59,262 bases of DNA from Bacteroidota bacterium (GTDB lineage: Bacteria > Bacteroidota > Bacteroidia > J057). The DNA lies in contig JBCCLI010000001.1 in assembly GCA_039026975.1 (NCBI GenBank), forward strand, positions 1 to 59,262. The letters are read 5' to 3'. The notes under the pieces were generated by a model that made no database searches, was not told where the DNA came from, and worked only from the letters and a program-made list of their open reading frames with translations. Below, piece by piece: positions 55,282 through 59,262 of this stretch. The translations under genes were made by a program, and so were the position numbers. How positions within the stretch are numbered: the first letter of the stretch is position 1; each line of letters begins with the position of its first letter.

Positions 55282-56570
55282 AGAGAAGCAGATAAACTAA
55301 GGGTTTTCTTATTTAGGGCTTCTTGGTATACTCCCAGGTATTCTCTCCCGCACTTTTCCATAGAAAAGGACTTTTCAGCAAAAGTACGGGCTTCCTCACT
55401 CATAGTATGGACTATTTCAGGATTATGATAACAGGAGATAATGGCCGCAGCCATCTTATCTGGATGGATACCATCTATGAGGTAGCCAGATTTCCCGGGA
55501 ATAATCATATCCGGTAATCCTCCCGTATGAAAACCTATTACAGGTGTTCCACAAGCTATGGATTCCAGTACCGTCTGTGGAAGCGCATCATAGAGCGTAG
55601 GCATCACGAACAGATCAGAGGCGGAATACACCAGAGACTGTAGCTCCGGGGACTGTATGTATCCTAACTGAATGCATGGAATGTCTATTTCCTCCATCAA
55701 CTCCCCTCCATGACCAAATATTAAACACATAATATTTAGTCTTTCTTCTGCTAATACCTTAAGTACCGATAGCATTTCTACAAACCCTTTTCTTCGGTTA
55801 GCTATGTCTGCAGAGCCAAAGCTGATACAAAACATATCATCTGGAATATTGAGGGCCTTTCTACAGGCTTCCTTATCCAATGGAGTGAATTGGTCAAGCT
55901 CAATTCCATAATGCACTTTGTGAATCTTCTTAGCCAATTTAAACAGGCTGCTATTCATAGCCTCTCTCCATGTCCACTCGCAATTAGCAACTACATGGAT
56001 ATTTCTGTCTTTAAGAACCTCAGCTTTCAATTTCAGATTTTTTGCGGCCAAGCTTCTGTTATTATGATCTCCTAGTTGGGGGCAGCTTATACAGGAGGAT
56101 TTATAGCCTTCACATGTCCAGGAATAATGACAGCCTCCCGTAAAGGGTTCCATATCATGTAAACTCCAAATAATAGGGATTTTAGCAGGTACAGACTGGA
56201 AGAAGGAGGGATAGTCCAGGAAATTATCTATCTGATGGAGGTGGATAATATCTGCATCCGCCATGAGCTCTGGAAGAGGCGTATTTTCATGGTAACCTGC
56301 ATAGCTAAAATGCTCCAGGTGATTAGGCCTACCTGCATAGTATTTATTGATGTACCTGTAGTAGGCTTTAGCTTTTAGCTTAGCAGTATACTTCCCCAGG
56401 CCTGTATGCCGGGGATAGGTCCATTTTACATAGTGGGGATTGGAAGAAGCTTGTCCATGTGCATACACAAAATCAGCCTTCACTCCCTGTTTTCTCACGG
56501 AATGAAAAATCCGTTGAGCAGCTCTCGCTGCCCCCCCTCCTAACTGATTATTGAAGTATACAACCTTCAT
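55278..56570 (-). CDS. glycosyltransferase family 4 with a Cys-rich insert
   Basis: 430 aa; GGGAARAAQR N-terminus, GGCHYSWTCEGYKSSCISCPQLG, PTLYDALPQTVLESIACGTPVIGFHTGGLPD. Confidence 0.8.
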   Translation of the reverse strand: MKVVYFNNQLGGGAARAAQRIFHSVRKQGVKADFVYAHGQASSNPHYVKWTYPRHTGLGKYTAKLKAKAYYRYINKYYAGRPNHLEHFSYAGYHENTPLPELMADADIIHLHQIDNFLDYPSFFQSVPAKIPIIWSLHDMEPFTGGCHYSWTCEGYKSSCISCPQLGDHNNRSLAAKNLKLKAEVLKDRNIHVVANCEWTWREAMNSSLFKLAKKIHKVHYGIELDQFTPLDKEACRKALNIPDDMFCISFGSADIANRRKGFVEMLSVLKVLAEERLNIMCLIFGHGGELMEEIDIPCIQLGYIQSPELQSLVYSASDLFVMPTLYDALPQTVLESIACGTPVIGFHTGGLPDMIIPGKSGYLIDGIHPDKMAAAIISCYHNPEIVHTMSEEARTFAEKSFSMEKCGREYLGVYQEALNKKTLSLSASL

Positions 56571-56584
56571 TTCTCCAGAACCTA

Positions 56585-57529
56585 CTAATTTATGTTTAAG
56601 GCTTCTTTAATGGTTTTCTTCGCTTTTTCCTTCCAGCTAAACTTCCTGTGGAACATGAGTACCTCATTAAACACTTTCTGGTCAAACTTTTCATCCACCA
56701 TAAAGTAGATGGGATCAGCAAGCGATGCCTTTTCTATTTCAAATAACTGAAACCGAAAAGAAGGAGTAGCATTTTTATCCTGGGTATGGGTTCCTATTTC
56801 ATCAAATCCAATATTTCTAATCAGATTTACTGAGGGAACTACACATAGGAAGTTATTCAGCAGCTTATACATGTTCCAAATGTATGCCCAGGAATCTACC
56901 CTTCCTTCATAAGCAGAATCAAAGGTAGCTTCATAGTACACGGCTTCATCATATAGATTTATCTTATCATACAGCAGCCCTTGTTCCTTAACCTCCGGCC
57001 ATATAGGCATATGCACATCAAAGGTATCCCATGCCCGTTTCCATGTGGCCCATCCCCAGCAAGAGCCCGTCTTGGAAAAGTGATAGCCTGTGCCCATGCC
57101 TTCCCAGCTTCCCAAAGCATTATGACCACTAATTTCCCCTACTCGGGTATCATGCCTGTATATTTCCAGCATCTGAGAACAGAAGGAGAAAAAAGACTCT
57201 GCGGCGTAGCAATCTTCCTCCAGGATGATTCCTTCCTCTACCTCAGAAAAAAACCAGCTTATGGCAGAACTAATGGCCTTTTTACAGCCCAGATTGGATT
57301 CTCTAAATAGGGTTTTCACCTCGCATTCCCAGTCTATAGCTGCTACCACTTGCAGGCGTGCCTGCTCACATAGGTTCTTTTCTTCCGGTCTCTCTGCTCT
57401 GGGGCCATCAGCAGCTATAAACACTTGCTTAGGCTTAACCAAGCGCATCCTATCAATTACTGCTAAGGCAGTATCAGCTCTTTTGTAGATGAGCAGCAGT
57501 ACAGGTGCTATGTAAGTGTTATTCTCCAA
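56585..57529 (-). CDS. GT-A fold glycosyltransferase, GNT-I (GT13)-like / bacterial HlpA-like family
   Basis: 314 aa; APVLLLIYKRADTALAVIDRM...VFIAADGPR...GCKKAISSAISWFF...IILEEDC, matching my memory of bacterial GNT-I-like proteins. It abuts the upstream GT11 gene with 0-nt spacing. Confidence 0.5.
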   Translation of the reverse strand: MENNTYIAPVLLLIYKRADTALAVIDRMRLVKPKQVFIAADGPRAERPEEKNLCEQARLQVVAAIDWECEVKTLFRESNLGCKKAISSAISWFFSEVEEGIILEEDCYAAESFFSFCSQMLEIYRHDTRVGEISGHNALGSWEGMGTGYHFSKTGSCWGWATWKRAWDTFDVHMPIWPEVKEQGLLYDKINLYDEAVYYEATFDSAYEGRVDSWAYIWNMYKLLNNFLCVVPSVNLIRNIGFDEIGTHTQDKNATPSFRFQLFEIEKASLADPIYFMVDEKFDQKVFNEVLMFHRKFSWKEKAKKTIKEALNIN

Positions 57530-58378
57530 TTAATGTGTGTCTATCCATTCAAAGGGTCCATCCATGATACCTAAGGGGTATTCTTGCCTCTGTTTAAACC
57601 CCAGCCAATACTTAGGTGCTAGTACCCTGGCATTTGTAATTTGATTCAAATATCCTGCCCACCAAGCAAAGGTGCTATTAGAGATGACCAATTCCCGGGC
57701 ATTCATAAGGATTTGAAAGTCTATCAAGGCAGAATTATACTCTAATTGATAGTCTATACCCTGAAAATTAGCTTCTACAAACTCCCTATCATCACTTATA
57801 ATAACGATAGGATACTGATTTTCCCTATCCAAAACGGATAAGGCGTTTTTGTAATAAGTAGCAGGAAGGCGAAAATCTTTATCTTTTAATGGAGCCAGCT
57901 CCCAGTGTTCATAGTCTCCCCTACGTATATGTAAAGCAATATAGGGCTGCTTCAACAGATCCTTTTTTTCATTATAAAATGCTTCTTGCCATTTGGTTTT
58001 TAGGGTAAAGACAGATTTTATCTCTTCAGCGTACTCCTTCCAGTACCTTTCTGACTGAAAAAAGCCTTCAAAAAAAACGTAATCGTCCACTTTTTGCAGC
58101 ACCTCTCTGGGAGGATGTACCCCCTGCTGACATACATGTGTTAAGCCTAAGTACCCATCTAATGGATTAAACATCCGCAGGAGAATATACCTCAGCATGA
58201 TGGACCACCTGATGCGGGTGTTTTTTCCTTCAGAAAAACCAGCTAAGGTAAAATGGGAGAGGGACCCTAAGCCTTCAATAAAAAAGGTGGTCTTAAGTCG
58301 ACGAGCAACAGCGTATATAAAAGCAAATTGGAAAAGTTGATTTCCTAGTCTTCCTTGAATTTTAGTGGCTACTGGCAT
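57530..58378 (-). CDS. glycosyltransferase family 11 (alpha-1,2-fucosyltransferase-like), copy 2
   Basis: IQGRLGNQLFQFAFIYAVA, IALHIRRGDY, ISNSTFAWWAGY; 282 aa. Confidence 0.85.
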   Translation of the reverse strand: MPVATKIQGRLGNQLFQFAFIYAVARRLKTTFFIEGLGSLSHFTLAGFSEGKNTRIRWSIMLRYILLRMFNPLDGYLGLTHVCQQGVHPPREVLQKVDDYVFFEGFFQSERYWKEYAEEIKSVFTLKTKWQEAFYNEKKDLLKQPYIALHIRRGDYEHWELAPLKDKDFRLPATYYKNALSVLDRENQYPIVIISDDREFVEANFQGIDYQLEYNSALIDFQILMNARELVISNSTFAWWAGYLNQITNARVLAPKYWLGFKQRQEYPLGIMDGPFEWIDTH

Positions 58379-58379
58379 T

Positions 58380-59207
58380 TTACGTCCAGGGGTTTTCTTT
58401 ATGGATAGCTACATAGTTTGTGGTTAGGTAGATTTCCAGTACCTCACTGTAGCTATGTACCGGAACCATTCCATCTTTCATGAGCCGGAATAGCTGATAA
58501 TTATCTTTCAGGGCGTAAAAAAAGTCCTGGAAAGTGGTACCTGAATCCAGGTTACATCCTCCAAATTCAAACTGTATAGCTTTGATTTTACCTGCCTTAA
58601 GCGTGTCAGCAGCACCTTTTAGCACTTCTAGCTCATGGCCCTCCACATCCATTTTCAGCAGATCTATCTGATCTTTCTGCTCCTTCTGCATCCAATTATC
58701 CAAAGTATCCAGAAAGATCTCCTCTCTCATTTCTTTCTCTATCCCGTGGTGTGCTAACCTTCTTTTGTACACGCTTGCCATGCCTGCCCCTTCTACGTGG
58801 TAAAACAGTTCTTTTTCTGAAGTCTCATGGCTGAGTCCGAAAGGGTAGGTATTTATCTCCCCCACTTCAGAGGTATTATCTACCAGCTTTTGGTAGGTAA
58901 AGGCTGAAGGTTCAAAGGCATGAACCTGAAAGGCCTCCCCTGCAAATACCCTGGCAATAGCATTAGCGTATTTTCCTACATTAGCCCCTACATCCAGAAT
59001 TTGAATATTAGGCTGTCCAGTTAATTTCTCTCTAAGCCAAGTTAGGAAGAACAGCTCTCCATCCTCACTGATGTCAAAGCCTGAGCCGTAATTCAGTGCC
59101 TGGAGGGCATAGGTGTGCATCCACTCAAAAAAGGCTTGACCCTTCACAGTCCTAAGCTGGCCCTTCATGAGTTTCCCTATGATTTTTTTCAGAAGCTGCT
59201 CTTTCAT
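58380..59207 (-). CDS. FkbM family methyltransferase, copy 2
   Basis: ILDVGANVGKYANAI, HAFEPS, PFGLS, IDLLKMDVEGHELEVLKG, IQFEFG; 275 aa. Confidence 0.8.
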   Translation of the reverse strand: MKEQLLKKIIGKLMKGQLRTVKGQAFFEWMHTYALQALNYGSGFDISEDGELFFLTWLREKLTGQPNIQILDVGANVGKYANAIARVFAGEAFQVHAFEPSAFTYQKLVDNTSEVGEINTYPFGLSHETSEKELFYHVEGAGMASVYKRRLAHHGIEKEMREEIFLDTLDNWMQKEQKDQIDLLKMDVEGHELEVLKGAADTLKAGKIKAIQFEFGGCNLDSGTTFQDFFYALKDNYQLFRLMKDGMVPVHSYSEVLEIYLTTNYVAIHKENPWT

Positions 59208-59262
59208 TGTCTGTGTACTATTCTTCTAATCCCTTGTTGGTCTCCTATTCTTAATGTAACAA

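Noticed and set aside
1-59262. Searched by eye for CRISPR arrays, tRNA/rRNA genes, IS elements or transposases, integrases, toxin-antitoxin pairs and known phage-defence gene sets.
   Set aside because: I saw no regularly spaced repeats, no T-loop/acceptor-stem-like sequences in the intergenic regions, and no ORFs with recombinase, nuclease, helicase or reverse-transcriptase motifs.

Overview
This 59.3-kb chromosomal segment looks like Bacteroidota (Cytophagia/Flavobacteriia-like). Supporting evidence is a giant adhesin with a T9SS type-B C-terminal sorting domain, several small outer-membrane (OM) beta-barrel genes including a PorT-like one, and a CarboxypepD_reg-type TonB-dependent receptor. 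Positions 1-31 kb are a mixed-strand stretch of mostly housekeeping genes (fabG, fmt, queA, ridA, CCA-type nucleotidyltransferase, PLP Cys/Met enzyme, M28 peptidase, amidase, nucleoside hydrolase) plus envelope proteins. From about 31 kb on, surface-glycan genes dominate. There is an MBOAT O-acyltransferase pair and galE, then 21 consecutive tightly packed minus-strand genes from 35671 to at least 59207, running off the window edge. These 21 genes encode 11 predicted glycosyltransferases, a Wzy_C-type polymerase/ligase, two UDP-GlcNAc 2-epimerases and an AsnB-type amidotransferase. They also encode two FkbM methyltransferase + GT11 fucosyltransferase pairs, an LbH acetyltransferase, an SGNH lipoprotein frame-overlapping a small OM barrel, and a 966-aa secreted LamG protein whose central ~550-600 aa I cannot assign. 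I saw no rRNA, tRNA, CRISPR array, transposase, integrase or recognisable phage-defence genes. The best candidates for something undescribed are inside the glycan operon: the LamG giant protein, the esterase-lipoprotein/barrel pair, and the duplicated methyltransferase-fucosyltransferase modules. A possible link between this glycan locus and T9SS cargo anchoring is also worth testing. All functional calls come from motif recognition in the supplied translations; no database search was possible, so family names are hypotheses.
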